A DNA stretch of 56,371 bases, filler included, from Porpidia crustulata (Eukaryota), in assembly GCA_964255105.1 (NCBI GenBank). It is 4 parts of 4 records of this genome, joined end to end, with 100 filler letters (N's around TTAATTAATTAA, not from the genome) between each part and the next. Parts side by side here need not be neighbours in the genome. Positions count along the whole stretch, not along the records: positions 1 to 14,024 come from CAXUWE010000399.1; 3 more parts are not named here. One strand, given 5' to 3'. The position numbers and the translations under genes were made by a program. Below the pieces are notes generated by a model that worked only from the letters and a program-made list of their open reading frames with translations, ran no database searches and was not told where the DNA came from. Shown piece after piece: positions 1 to 11,966 of this stretch (its first letter is position 1; every line of letters starts with the position of its first letter).

Positions 1-1182
1 CACCTCTCTCAATCTCGCCAGTCCTTTCCACAACCCTCTCCACAACCCCAACCTCAACATCACCGTCAGTGAACCCCGACGCTCCCCCAGCTCCACCCTC
101 CGGAACCGCACCACGACGGAATCACCCTGCGCGGCGTGTGAGAGGGTTGGTACTGCGTTGTTGTGATGATTTTGCCTGGGGACGACGGGGTTTCTGTGTG
201 TTGGGGGTATTAGAATTTCTTTCGTATCCCACAAACTCGGTTCATCGGATGGGCGTGAAGGTGATTTTTTCTTGCATTTCGACTTTGTGTGATTTTATTC
301 TTCTTTAAGAAGTTCGCACTTATTGGATGTTTTTCTCGAAAACCCGGCACCCCCGGCCCTCATCTCCCTCTCCCAACCTTTCATCGACTGATTTGGTTGC
401 TATCGCATCGTAAACACACCTTCCCAACGCACAAGTTATTAAGTTTTAACTTTGAATATGCGAGACTAGTGGGGTTTGATGAGCGGAAGATGAATATCAA
501 CGCAGGGGGATGTATAGGCAAGGGTATACTACTAATGAAAGAGTGATGTGGAGCGAAAGCAGGGATGGGTGGTGGAGAAAAGGAAGAGGAGAGGGATGAC
601 GAGGATGCGATAAGGGGGAAAATGAAAAGGAAAAGGTGATGAGGGATGGGATGGATCGAGAGAAGAAAGGGGGAGAGGGGAGAAGAGATCGAGCAAACAA
701 CGGGTAGGAAAAGATCAAGAAAAGGTAAAAAGGAAGACCAGAAGAGCACCGGAGCCGGGAAAATGAAGGGGGAAGGTATACACAGGAAGACGTGTTCGGG
801 TAGGGAGAACCGCATCGGTCGCGGATGCGCTCGCGAGGAACGAGATGCGGAGGCGTTGCACGACATTTCCAGTCTCCCCAAGAACACGCAACAGAGTAGC
901 GGCTTCAACCATATGAAAAACGAATCTCCACCTTACAGCCATGGGACCGTAGATTCTACAGCACAAAAACATAAATACGCCTAGCCACCCTTTGAACTCC
1001 CATGCAGCCTATGCCTGTATAAATAATATCATACATCTCGATGACCCTAACTTCTGATATACTCCAATCGCTGGTGCTACGTATGCAACGCCCCACCCAC
1101 TTTGGACACCTGTTCAATGCACTGCGTAGACCCTATGGTTGTTTCTACTTTTTCCTTTTCTCTTTTTGAATTCCTTTTGGAA

Positions 1183-2289
1183 TCAATCATCCCACTCCTC
1201 GTCCAATTGATCGATCAACCGATTCTCGTCTTCGGCCCTGGAACCCCTGCCACCGCGGCCGTGGGTCGGGAGCTGGTTGTAGCCTTTTCGGCGGGGGAGG
1301 CAGCGGGCGCAGGAGGAGGTGGCGATGACGAAAATGTCCTGTTGCGGTTTAGGTCAGCTTGCTGATAAGATGTGGAGATCTGCGAATTGAGGGGGGGGGG
1401 ATTTTACGGAAACAAAACCTCCGATGCCGGCCCAGATGGCGTAGTTGGGCAACTGCTTCCATCCCCGCTGGTGCATCACGGTTCTCTGATACGCAATGCC
1501 GCCCAGCAGATAAACAGCCGCGGCGATTAAGAATATCACACCAAACACCCCTGCCGGTCCCAGCGTCTGCGGCGCGGAGATTGCGTCACCGCACGCGGCC
1601 ATAGATTTGGTCTCGAAGAAATAGGTGCATTCGTCTGGGCTGGTGCCGACGAAGTTGATGTGCACCTTGGGCGCTAGGGAGTCGTGGTCGCAGATGAAGG
1701 AGATGAGGGAAGATTTGCGGCGGCGGGTCGGGTTGGGTTTGGAGCTGGAAGGCTTCTTTTTGTGGTGGTCATCACCTTTCTCACCGCCTCTACCTTCTTC
1801 GTCATCTTTTAACGCTCGGCCATCGAGTGGTCGGTGGGGTTCCTCGTCGCAGAAGCTGCCACCGGTGTAATTGAGGACGAGCTTACGGCCACGGAAGATC
1901 GGTCTTGAGGACTCTTGGCCGATGGAGTATATTAAATCGCCCTCTTTATAGTATGCGCTGACATTTCTCCATAGTTCCTTGTCTACATCGACGACATCGA
2001 CGACATCGACGGCATGCTCTAGATTTTCGATCACAGGAGCACAAAAATTGAGGGTGAAGTTCCTCCCGTAGTCCCAACCCTTGGCATGCCAACTCTCGTC
2101 TCGGTCGTCTTTGTGCGACTTCTTGCCGTCTTTGAGGGGCGGCACAGTGATAGTGTTGAGATCGTAGAACTTATTGAGTGAGGATGTGATGGTGCATGGG
2201 TCGAGGATTTTCTCGGAGTCTGCGGCTTGAGCCGTGGATAGTATCAGGGAGAGGATCGAAAGTGATACGAAGACAAAAGATTGCCGCAT
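1183..2289 (-). CDS. MRL1: Mannose-6-phosphate receptor-like (MRH domain) vacuolar sorting receptor, 2 exons
   Basis: Signal peptide, Cys-rich luminal domain (NFTLNFCAPV, LVLNYTGGSFC, SSLISFICD, CTYFFE), one TM helix, YQRTVMHQRGWKQLPNY. Intron 1339-1407 (GT..CTGAC..CAG) gives the tail ...EDENRLIDQLDEEWDD*. Confidence 0.85.
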
Positions 2290-2647
2290 GGCGGCTGAGT
2301 ATGGGTTGATTGCGATAGCAGTGTGATTATTCTCTTCAATGTGGTGAATTGATATCTAGGAAGGTTCTAAGAGGATGCCAGGCAGCTCTTGTGAGAACGT
2401 TGTCTACTTTACTTCCGCCTGATTGGGCCGGAATTAAGCGATGTTAGAGAAAGATTGCATAATTTATTATTGTATAAAAGCTGTCTAAGGGACGATCCCT
2501 GCTTTATGCAAGATGTCGTCGATAATTATATGTTTAGCTTCGTAGGTCCTGTAGCACGCTGTCTCTTCAACCTATATAGTAACGTATCATTGCCGTTGAA
2601 TTGTTCTGCGACAAACTAGTGGGTATCTCACACGAAACGTCTACAAC

Positions 2648-4219
2648 ATGAGCGCTGCAGAGCCCGCGCACGGTTATGAATTTGGTGGACCGTAAGTAAC
2701 GCTTCACAAGTGAACGTATGTAACATCGCCTAACCGGCGTGCAGACCTGGAGCATTCGCAACTTCGTTTGGTCTACCATTGGTATGCTATTTGGCAGCCT
2801 TCCTCTGCAACGACAAGACGGGTTGTCCCGTCCCATCAACTCTGCATCCCAAGAGCCTTACTCTTGCAAAATTAAAGGAAGAAGCGGGATGGCCGCAGGA
2901 GGGAGTGTATGGACTTGCAAGCTTTAAGGTTACTGGGTGGGTAGTAGGATACTATCTTTTGAGTTTAGTACTCTTAGCAGTACTTCCCGGCGTTGAAAGC
3001 GAGGGTGTGCGGCTGAAGTCTGGTGGGAAGCTGAAGTATAAGTTTAATGGTATGTCCTCAGGGATCTCGGTATAATCCACTCAATTAATACTTGCCAGCC
3101 TTTAACTCAGCTGTCGCCGTCCTCACTGTCGCGCTCGCCGGCACCATAATGCAAGGGCCGGATTTCCCTTTATGGACCTTCATCTGGGACAATTATACCC
3201 AACTGATCACCGTCAATCTCGGCGTTGCATTTTCTCTTGCGTGCTTTGTCTATGTCCGAAGCTTTTCCGTAAAGGCGGGTAACAACGATCAACGCGAATT
3301 AGCGGAAGGGGGACATTCCGGTAACTTAATCTATGACTGGTTCATTGGTCGAGAACTCAACCCTCGAGTAACCCTCCCTATGATTGGCACCGTTGACATC
3401 AAGGAATTCATGGAGGTTCGGCCTGGTATGCTCGGCTGGATCCTACTCGACCTAGCTTTCATCGCGCATCAATATAAGCTCTACGGACGCGTTACCGACA
3501 GCATCATCCTGATTACGGTTTTCCAAGCCTTCTACACCCTAGACGCGCTTTATCTCGAGCCAGCAATCTTAACGACAATGGATATCACAACTGACGGCTT
3601 TGGTTTCATGCTCGCGTTTGGTGACCTAGTGTGGTTGCCGTTCATATACTCTTTGCAGGCACGCTATCTCGCTGTATATCCTGTCCATCTTGGACTTACC
3701 GGGATCGCCGGTGTTCTAGCAGTGCAGGGCCTTGGCTATTACGTTTTCCGTTCTGCCAATAACGAGAAGAACAGGTTTAGGACAGACCCAAAGGATCCCC
3801 GGGTCGCACACTTGAAGACCATGGAGACTACATCAGGGAGTAAGCTCCTTATTTCAGGTTGGTGGGGTACAGCAAGGCACATCAACTATCTGGGAGATTG
3901 GATCATGGGCTGGTCCTACTGTCTACCAACAGGTATCGCCGGCTACGTTATTCAACGAGGGCCTCGGCTATCTACCGGTGATGTTCCCCAACCCACAGAT
4001 GGAAGTATCCTTGGTGGCACTTTGATGGGTACACAAGTTGTGCAGGGTGAAGCCAGAGGTTGGGGAATGGCTATCACATATTTCTACATCGTTTATTTTA
4101 CCGTTCTCTTGATCCATCGAGAGATGAGGGACGAGGAAAAGTGTATGAGGAAGTACGGAAAGGATTGGGATGAGTATAGAAAGAAGGTGCCGTGGCGGAT
4201 CCTTCCGGGTATATACTAG
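2648..4219 (+). CDS. ERG24: Delta(14)-sterol reductase (ERG4/ERG24 family), 3 exons
   Basis: N-terminal GYEFGGP; introns 2692-2744 and 3050-3098 join in frame; motifs GRELNPR, MDITTDGFGFMLAFGD, LLISGWWG..RHINYLGD, LLIHRE.RD..KC..KYG.DW..Y...VPWRILPGIY. Confidence 0.95.
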
Positions 4220-6748
4220 TCAAGATTGAGATAGTCGCTCAGTTTCGATGAATTCACGACCTGCTCGCTCTATCCATGTTTCAACGCGATCTAGAGTCGT
4301 GGGCTCATGTAAAGTTAGTGTTCGCGATTTGGAGTCGTGGACGTGTTCGTGGCAGTGACTCATTCGCTAGCGGCGAAGCGAGTCCACCACGATGCATTCA
4401 ACACTTATCTCAGACATGAAACGTATGCATGATGCGTTTCACATCACAAGGACGTATACGTCTGCCTCAGAGTCGTGCAGGACGAAGAAGGCTTGGATAG
4501 CGGCACTCATAATGGCGAGATTTTTGTATCGCACAGCCTCGATCAGGACTTTGCCGCACAGCAAGCGCGAGAGGCGACATATCTCGAGCGCGAACCATCT
4601 CAGCTGAAAGATTCCTCGGAGTCTCCTATGCGGTTCGGCGCGAGCGTCCTGAAAAGGACGGAGTGCACGCATGCATACTACTACGTCCTTGTGGCGCTTG
4701 CACTGGTGATGCAACCCACCGGAGCTTCAGGACTGTCTTCAGAAATAGCATGGATTGGGTGCCGGGACACGCAACCATGGCGCTGGGTTCGCTGGGGATG
4801 ATCCTCTTGATATGCTATTATGTCGCATGGCTGTCAGAACCTGATAGGAAGGGATGGGCAGAAGAGGCAAATGTTTTCCCTATCAAGTTTATAATCTGTA
4901 CCATGTGACAGCTGGCGGCGCCTCCAGGACGGGCTCTGTGCAGGAATTATGCAAGGCTGCTCATTGCTTTATGCTCGCCATGCCAAATTTAGCAATTACT
5001 ACCTCAAGGAACGGAAAACCCGGGTATCGTCGGCTCAGCACTTTAGGTTCGCACAGCCACAAGACGTAACGCATGAGTGGCACGCTGTCCGGACTGTACG
5101 GAAAGACTGATGCCGACGGCACCGAGGACTGTGGACGTGTGTCTGTTCATGACGAAGATGGTGCACTGACACGTTGCAGTGTACTTACGATCAAAATGCA
5201 ACATGGAAACAAATAATTGCTGACTCATGGACGAAGACCATGCCCGCATACTACCTTAAGGATGATAGCCAATCAAAGCCCATACGCAGGGATCCTACTT
5301 CTAAGCTCCGTTCCACCGTGACATCGGCAGCGAATCTGATTCTAGAAGCTCGCACAATCACACAAGGCCTTTGTCACTAACAAGGAATCATTCTTGGTCA
5401 GATCCCATCGAGTGGTCATGCGCTCTTCCTTGTTGATGGCACGTGAAATCGTCGCAAGGAAAACCTGTCGTGGAAAGGCTCAAGATGTGCAAGAACCAAA
5501 CTCGAAGGAGTATCAATGCCGCCGGATCACGATCCTCAGGTGGAGCTGAGAAATCTGTGGTCCGGTTATGATATTCACCTCCTTGCCTCTGCATGAGGCG
5601 TGCGACGTTCCCATCTCCATGCTGCCGCCATCGATCTCCACGATTTAAAGATTCATGATACGGCGGGGGTTGAGATGTGTTTCATGTTGAGCGTGGGAGC
5701 CAAGAACCGAGCAGGTAGTATACGGTAGTGGGTCGTTTGTTTATTAATCCAGACGTGCAGATGTGACACCCTTGTAATGCAAGTCATTGATCTTTCCACG
5801 ACGCCTATTACAGCGCTTGATATCTGATGCGTACGACGTACCCAGCAGCCTAGCCTGCACCGCCGTATGTGGTTGTGGCCAAATATTTCCACAATAAACT
5901 ATTCCCCGAGGATCCAGGCTATCGACTAATGGGCCTGATCTGCGAAAGCGCGGAGACTTCGATCATGTTTATCCTAATCTAAAGTTGGATACACTTGGTT
6001 GCTATCCCCCACGCTGACACGCTGAGGGCCGTCATGATTCTCCTTGATGGCAGTTGATTTTGATTGCACATCGGATTGCAATTTCATATCTCACGAACCA
6101 CAGTTAGCACACTACTCGAGGCACCATAGAGGTAGCGATAGGGATCAGCTTTATGTCGAGTGCTGAGGAAGCTGGTCTTCTAGCTGCATGCAAGAAGCCA
6201 CTCGCCTCATCACCAATCTGGCAACATCAGCGCGTTGCTTTTCGTGCCCACGCCCATGCTCCGGTAAAATCAGGCCCTAAAACACTAAAACAAGGCCTGG
6301 CGCGCGACCGCAGCTTAACTGAATGCACGCTACATACACACTGCATATACACCCCCGCTAGGACTTGCAGGTGGACGACTCCAGAGCTAAAATTCTCGCT
6401 CGTGGGCCCAGCGTACCAGCGACTGCGCAGACCCGGTTAAACGCCTTCTCCCACTATATTTCTGCTACGTATGTGATATAAGGAAATCCTGCTCCCCGCG
6501 AAATAATGCCTCTCTACCCTCTCCTCGGTGCCTTGCCGTCTCTTTTCAATCCACCATCTCCTCCTTCTCCTTTGAGGCGCGCATAGTAACTCCCTTGTCT
6601 TGGGACCGCCGGATAATTCACCTTTATTATTTATTATCTTTTAAAGAACCTTTTCATTTTACTTTTAAACCTAAATTTCTCATCCGTTCTACGTCCCTCA
6701 AGCCATAAGCGAACCTCGCCGTCTATTGCCGCAACCACCACCACCACC

Positions 6749-7819
6749 ATGCCCATTCAATTACTTCCGGCTTCCGCTGCGGCGTTCGCACCGCGAGCTG
6801 CTCCCAATGTGGTGCTCAACACCAAGGTCGATCCATGGTTGACGGCGACACTGAAAAGAGTGAATCGAGTGAAAAGGCCCTTGAACAGCGTGCCTCAACA
6901 TTTGCGATGTCTGACCGAGACTCTTGCCTCGCAATCAGCGATATGGACTTTGTGCTCAGTCATGCTACCAAAGGCCCCCGATTCTCAGCTCCGAAAAGAT
7001 GAGAATCCTTTGATCGAGGCCCTATTCAATTATCAGCTCATCTCCATCGAGGCTTACGTGGTTCACGTTGACATGGTCTCACAAAACGAAGTCGCATTCA
7101 AGTTGACACCGGAGACGATCGAATCGCTGGTAGAATATCACAAAGAGGTTCATTCAGTGGACACAGCTGCTAGTACCTGGAACTGGTCGGAAAAAGAAGC
7201 TCAACTGAAGAAGCTGCAAGAAGATTTTGTGCAATCTGCGAATAGATATGTCTACCGCACTAACGCCATGGCTCTGGAAGGTATGGAGGAAGATGGCGCT
7301 GGCGAGCTACTGTGCGGGCGGAGCGAAGAGGTGAAATGCGCTATCATGGGCCTGTTCCTACCGCTTCTACCACCCCCACCGAGGCTTGTCGACGTCGTCC
7401 GTCCTACCCCGCTTCTTCCAAGCTCCACAGGTGCTGAGCACTGGTGGCAACCATCTCAGCTTTCCTCCAACAATCTATCCAGTTGGAACATTGTACCTTC
7501 AAGCCCTAGCACCATGTCATCCGGAGGTTCTTCAAACACCTGGGCAAGCATGGGACTTAATGAGCTCCAACAGCTTCCTTCGCCGACACCGTCATACAGC
7601 CAGCCGTTCTCAACTACATGCGAAAGTCCACCTCAATATTACAGCGCTCCAGTGACATCAGAGCCCTTCTACAGCACATCCATGGCCTTTGCACCGATCC
7701 CCCAACTACCGCTACCCAGCCTATTCATGCAGCAGCAATGCAGCACGAGCGCTGGGTATGGTGGTTTCGCATGGGACCGATCTCAGGACTTTGCCATGCC
7801 TATGCCATACGCTGTATGA
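6749..7819 (+). CDS. Conserved fungal hypothetical protein (globular N-terminal half, S/P/Q-rich disordered C-terminus), single exon
   Basis: 356-aa ORF with strong Kozak context (CACCACCATG). The N-terminal half resembles uncharacterised Pezizomycotina proteins; no function recognised. Confidence 0.75.
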   Translation: MPIQLLPASAAAFAPRAAPNVVLNTKVDPWLTATLKRVNRVKRPLNSVPQHLRCLTETLASQSAIWTLCSVMLPKAPDSQLRKDENPLIEALFNYQLISIEAYVVHVDMVSQNEVAFKLTPETIESLVEYHKEVHSVDTAASTWNWSEKEAQLKKLQEDFVQSANRYVYRTNAMALEGMEEDGAGELLCGRSEEVKCAIMGLFLPLLPPPPRLVDVVRPTPLLPSSTGAEHWWQPSQLSSNNLSSWNIVPSSPSTMSSGGSSNTWASMGLNELQQLPSPTPSYSQPFSTTCESPPQYYSAPVTSEPFYSTSMAFAPIPQLPLPSLFMQQQCSTSAGYGGFAWDRSQDFAMPMPYAV

Positions 7820-9128
7820 AAAAGGATCGATTGTCCAAACAATATGCATAGCATCGAAGGCGTTCGTGACGCCTTGAACGGCATTGTTCGCACTATACGC
7901 AAACGAACATACGATGACTCGAGCGACCATTGGATACCACCATCGGCAGGCGTTACACTGATCACTCGCAGCGGAGCAGAACTGGATACCCTTGAACTTC
8001 TTTGTTTTTAACATCTTATTCCTGCGTCTTTCTAGCGAGCGTTGCTGTATCTTTGTTTTTGGCACTTTGCATACCGGTTCGGCTGGCCCATTCGACGTAC
8101 ATTCTAAGATTGATTCTTCGGGAGGCTCGCGAGTCCTGCATTATTTAAGACGGTGGAGCCTCACGGCTATAGAGCAGGTGGATATTTGTCATAGTTTGGC
8201 GCCTCTGCTTCGTCTAATTTTGTCGTCTTACAGGGAGTCGCACTCAAGGGTCGCCGGGCTTGCCCAGCCTGAGAGTCGGCATACCTGCCTGTCTGTCCAC
8301 TTTGGTACTGTGTACCGGCTGGCATCTTCGGATGGTGGAAGACGACGACATGTTCAGGGAGAGTTGGCATCTGGGATGCTGACATAATGTTTGATCCACA
8401 TCCTACCAGCGGAACGTCGGAAGAGAATTTGGAAGATCGCGCATTGGGTTTCGTCCGTGGCGAAAGTCGAGGGAGGACCAGTGGTCTTCTTTGCGTTCTG
8501 AAGGGTCTTTGGAAGGGTAATACTGGTAGCGTGTGGATTCGTAGGTTCACCTCCTACGCTCGGAACAGGATTCTGAGGCGCTTCTCGTTGATTGAGAGGA
8601 ATACGGTGCGGGACTAGAGCTGAGCTCCTACATACAAATAATGCAAACATGGAATCCACTCTTCCAATCACCACATCACAATTTAATTGTCTCTTTAACG
8701 ACTACACCAACATGCATATACCTTGAGTGTTATCTTCGTATACGATTTCTACCACGCCATGAGCATATCCAAAGTGGCTAGGCCTGCTCGAATGACGTGG
8801 ATAAATCTAATTCTGGCTAAATACTGGGGTTTCCATCGTGGGCTATGGTACTCCGCATCCTGCTTGTTTTATCACAACATCAATTCTTGTACATAACAGA
8901 CCGAGTCAATTATTTCTTCTAGACCACGTAAACTTGTCGCCATTGTGAATGTCCTGATGTATTGAATTCACGAAACTCGCTGTGACACCTGTACGCCATG
9001 ATGAAATCCATCAACCACAAGCACTTCTGTTTACACTGAGGAGTCCAGCATAAGATTGATTGCACACATCATTCTTCAGCAGCAAGATCTCATTACGACA
9101 GGATATTGAACTAACCCCCCCCCACAGT

Positions 9129-11469
9129 ATGGCGGCACTCCACGCGGCCTTGCGAGCTCTCGATCCCACACCGTTCTCCGAGGTGCCAAAAGATGAAATA
9201 CAAGTCAAGGATTACTTGCAGGATTGCTTCGCAAAAGCTCAGCTCATCATAGACTCGGTCCCTCCTCCAGCCGTCGAAGACAGCATTACTCGTGCACGAT
9301 CTGACACCGCTACTTCAAACGCATCATGCGCCTCCGAAATCTCCATATCTTCTGCACGCTCAGATCCCCTAGACCCCTCAAATACGATCTTGCAAAAAGA
9401 ATGGGGAAAGCCAATCAAGTTAGCCGTAAAGGACAACCCACTGGGTATGGCGGTCTTCAAATTAGGCGGCAAGGACGGTAGAGGCGCATGGTTTGCGAGG
9501 AGAAGTGTTCATGAGGGATTGGGGTTCAAGAAATGGAAATTTGGCTTACAGAGCGAGTTTCCGGAGAGTTTGGAAGTACAAGGTGCCCCTGGTGAAGGAA
9601 ATGTGAGAGGTATAGGAGGTGAGAGAAGAGTGGAGAGGATGGTTGTTGACGGGGTTGGCAATATTGAGGGTCCGTTTCCAAGTCACCAGATGGTCCTAAC
9701 ATGGACCTTGACGTGGTCATGAAGACTGACCTTTCCTAGTGTATCATATGTCCGCACAGTTTCCTGGCCCTACCACCCCCCGCGATTTTGTAACGCTCCT
9801 AATTACTTCCTCTTCAGCTCTTGGCGATCCCGAGTCCGCGTCGTCAATCACTTCCCCTGAAAATGGCAAAAGGTTAAGGACACCCCCATTTGACGTTCGG
9901 CCCAGGCACTTCATGGTGCTATCAAAACCTTGCATACATCCCGATTGTCCCGAACGGCCTGGCTTTATACGCGGACATTATGAGTCTATCGAATTCATCA
10001 GAGAGATACCTATGAAACCGAAAAGGTCCGTATCTTCTACAGATCTCTTGAGACAACGGAATGGACGGTCAGTCTCTCCATCTTTGGAGAAAGCTACGGT
10101 CCTTCAAAATGCTGAGCAAAAGCTCCACGGCGGACGAATAAGTCATGATATGTCTGTTTCAGCAGACGATAGTGTCCTAGCAGCAGGGCGAGCGCGCGGT
10201 AGAACCATATCCTTCGCAGGATCCAGAGGCATAAAAGCGAAGGGAGAGGCAATGGATAATCCTGACGATTTTGACGACATATCCGAAGAGAATCCTGTAG
10301 AATGGGTCATGATAACTCGCAGCGATCCGGGAGGAAGCGTGCCGCGATTCATGGTTGAGCGAGGAACACCCTCTGGTATCGTTGCAGACGCCAGCAAGTT
10401 TTTGGACTGGGCCTGTAAGAAGCAACACCCTAACTCCGAAGACGAAACCGGCCAAACAAATCATGCGCGAACAAATCACAAGAGAGCGAGCGAGTTTGGT
10501 GCACTACAGACAGATGGTCATCTAGCAGGTCTTGATGGACTGTCGGATCCGCCCAATTCTACTTCATTCCCGCTAAGGGAGCAGGATGTGCAGCCAGGGC
10601 TTCCAGCACCAGGACAGACCAAACAAGGGGGTTTATTTTCTAGTATGACCAATGCTGCATACGCCGGAATCGAAAATTATGCGCCTCAAGCCGTAATTGA
10701 TTATCTGCCTCCGCACTCACGGCCTGTTTCCACGTCGACCAGCGCAACAAATTTGCAAAATCCTGCACTCCCTAATGGAATCAAAGACATCGAAACTTCT
10801 TCGATTGAGTCTCTTTCGAGCATCGGTTCCTTTGCTAGCGCCGAGGAGATCCTAGATGACTCACAATCCACCAAATCCGTTTCCTCCTTAACCACCTCAT
10901 CCAATATCAAGGATTCTCTAGGCATGTCACAGCATGAGAAAGAACTACTAAAGCTGAATGAGCGTAAGAAGGCATTAGACCTAAAACTTTCCAAGCTCCG
11001 AGAGAAGGAAACCAAGGATAAGGAAGAGTTGACTTCCAAAGAGGAAGAGCGGGTCCGCAAAGCCGAGGAGAAACACGCGCGTGAGGTGCAGAAGCAAGAG
11101 GAAAAGTACAAGAAGGAGGTGAGTAAATTAGAAGCCAAGCGGCAGAAGGATGTCGCCAAAGAAGAGGAAAGAAAGAAGAGGGTGCTCGACAAAGATGAGA
11201 AATCTCGATTAGCTCGAGAGAAGGACGAAGTCAAGCAAGAATTAGAAGTTGTGAGGAAAGAAAGAGATATTTTCAGAGAGCAAGTCGGCGCATTGCAGAA
11301 AGAAAACACTGCGCTGGTAGCGAGAATGGGGAAGCTAGGGGAAGGCAAAGATCTATTGAAAGAGGTTCAGGAAGAGGTTGTTGGAAACAGAAGCCGAACC
11401 TCGAGCTTGAAGAAGGGCAAGGAAACAAGGGTCGAAGCCACAGTCTTAGGAGGTGGAATGAAAGGGTAA
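9129..11469 (+). CDS. DUF3074 (START/SRPBCC-like) domain protein with C-terminal coiled coil, 2 exons
   Basis: Motifs WFARRSVH, FPGPTTPRDFV, GFIRGHYESIEFIRE, NPVEWVMITRSDPGGSVPRFMVERGTP..I..DA.KFL.W; intron 9670-9739; K/E-rich coiled coil in the last ~180 aa. Confidence 0.82.
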
Positions 11470-11966
11470 ACTTTCGCAATACCGGTATGATATATGACCA
11501 CCAAAACGGAGCATTTACATTGTAAGAGGGTCATAAAGGGCGAGCTGGATAATGCTTGGACGATTTTGTATGTAGGTAAAGGTTTGCAGATTCCTGGCCT
11601 TTTTGTGCAGTTGTCATTTTCTACAGCGAGATTCCAACGTCTCGACTTCAGTATTTTCTGTCGTTGTCAGAAACATGAAAAATCAAAAATATGGTGCTGG
11701 CCATATTCTCAGCCCCCTATTGTTTTCATTTCGATGTCTTAGCACTCAAACTAGCTGCTCACGTGCTACGAGGTCACATGATGGACTATATGTGTGGTGA
11801 CATCATCACCCTTTCAAGAAGCGCGTCTTTCTATCGATAGCTTCGCGTCTGTTGACAAAGTGTCTTTTTTTGTGTTCATTTCTGACTGTATGAACTTAAA
11901 AGCTCGCCCTGCTTGCTTGGTCGAGGTATACTAAGACGTACACCTGGTCGCAGCGGTACTATCGCG

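Noticed and set aside
1..1000. Overlapping ORFs of 73-175 aa
   Set aside because: They arise from purine/pyrimidine-skewed low-complexity sequence; translations have no recognisable motifs.
1985..2011. (ACATCGACG)x3 micro-repeat encoding VDVVDVVDV in MRL1
   Set aside because: Short in-frame slippage in a luminal loop; no sign of wider significance.
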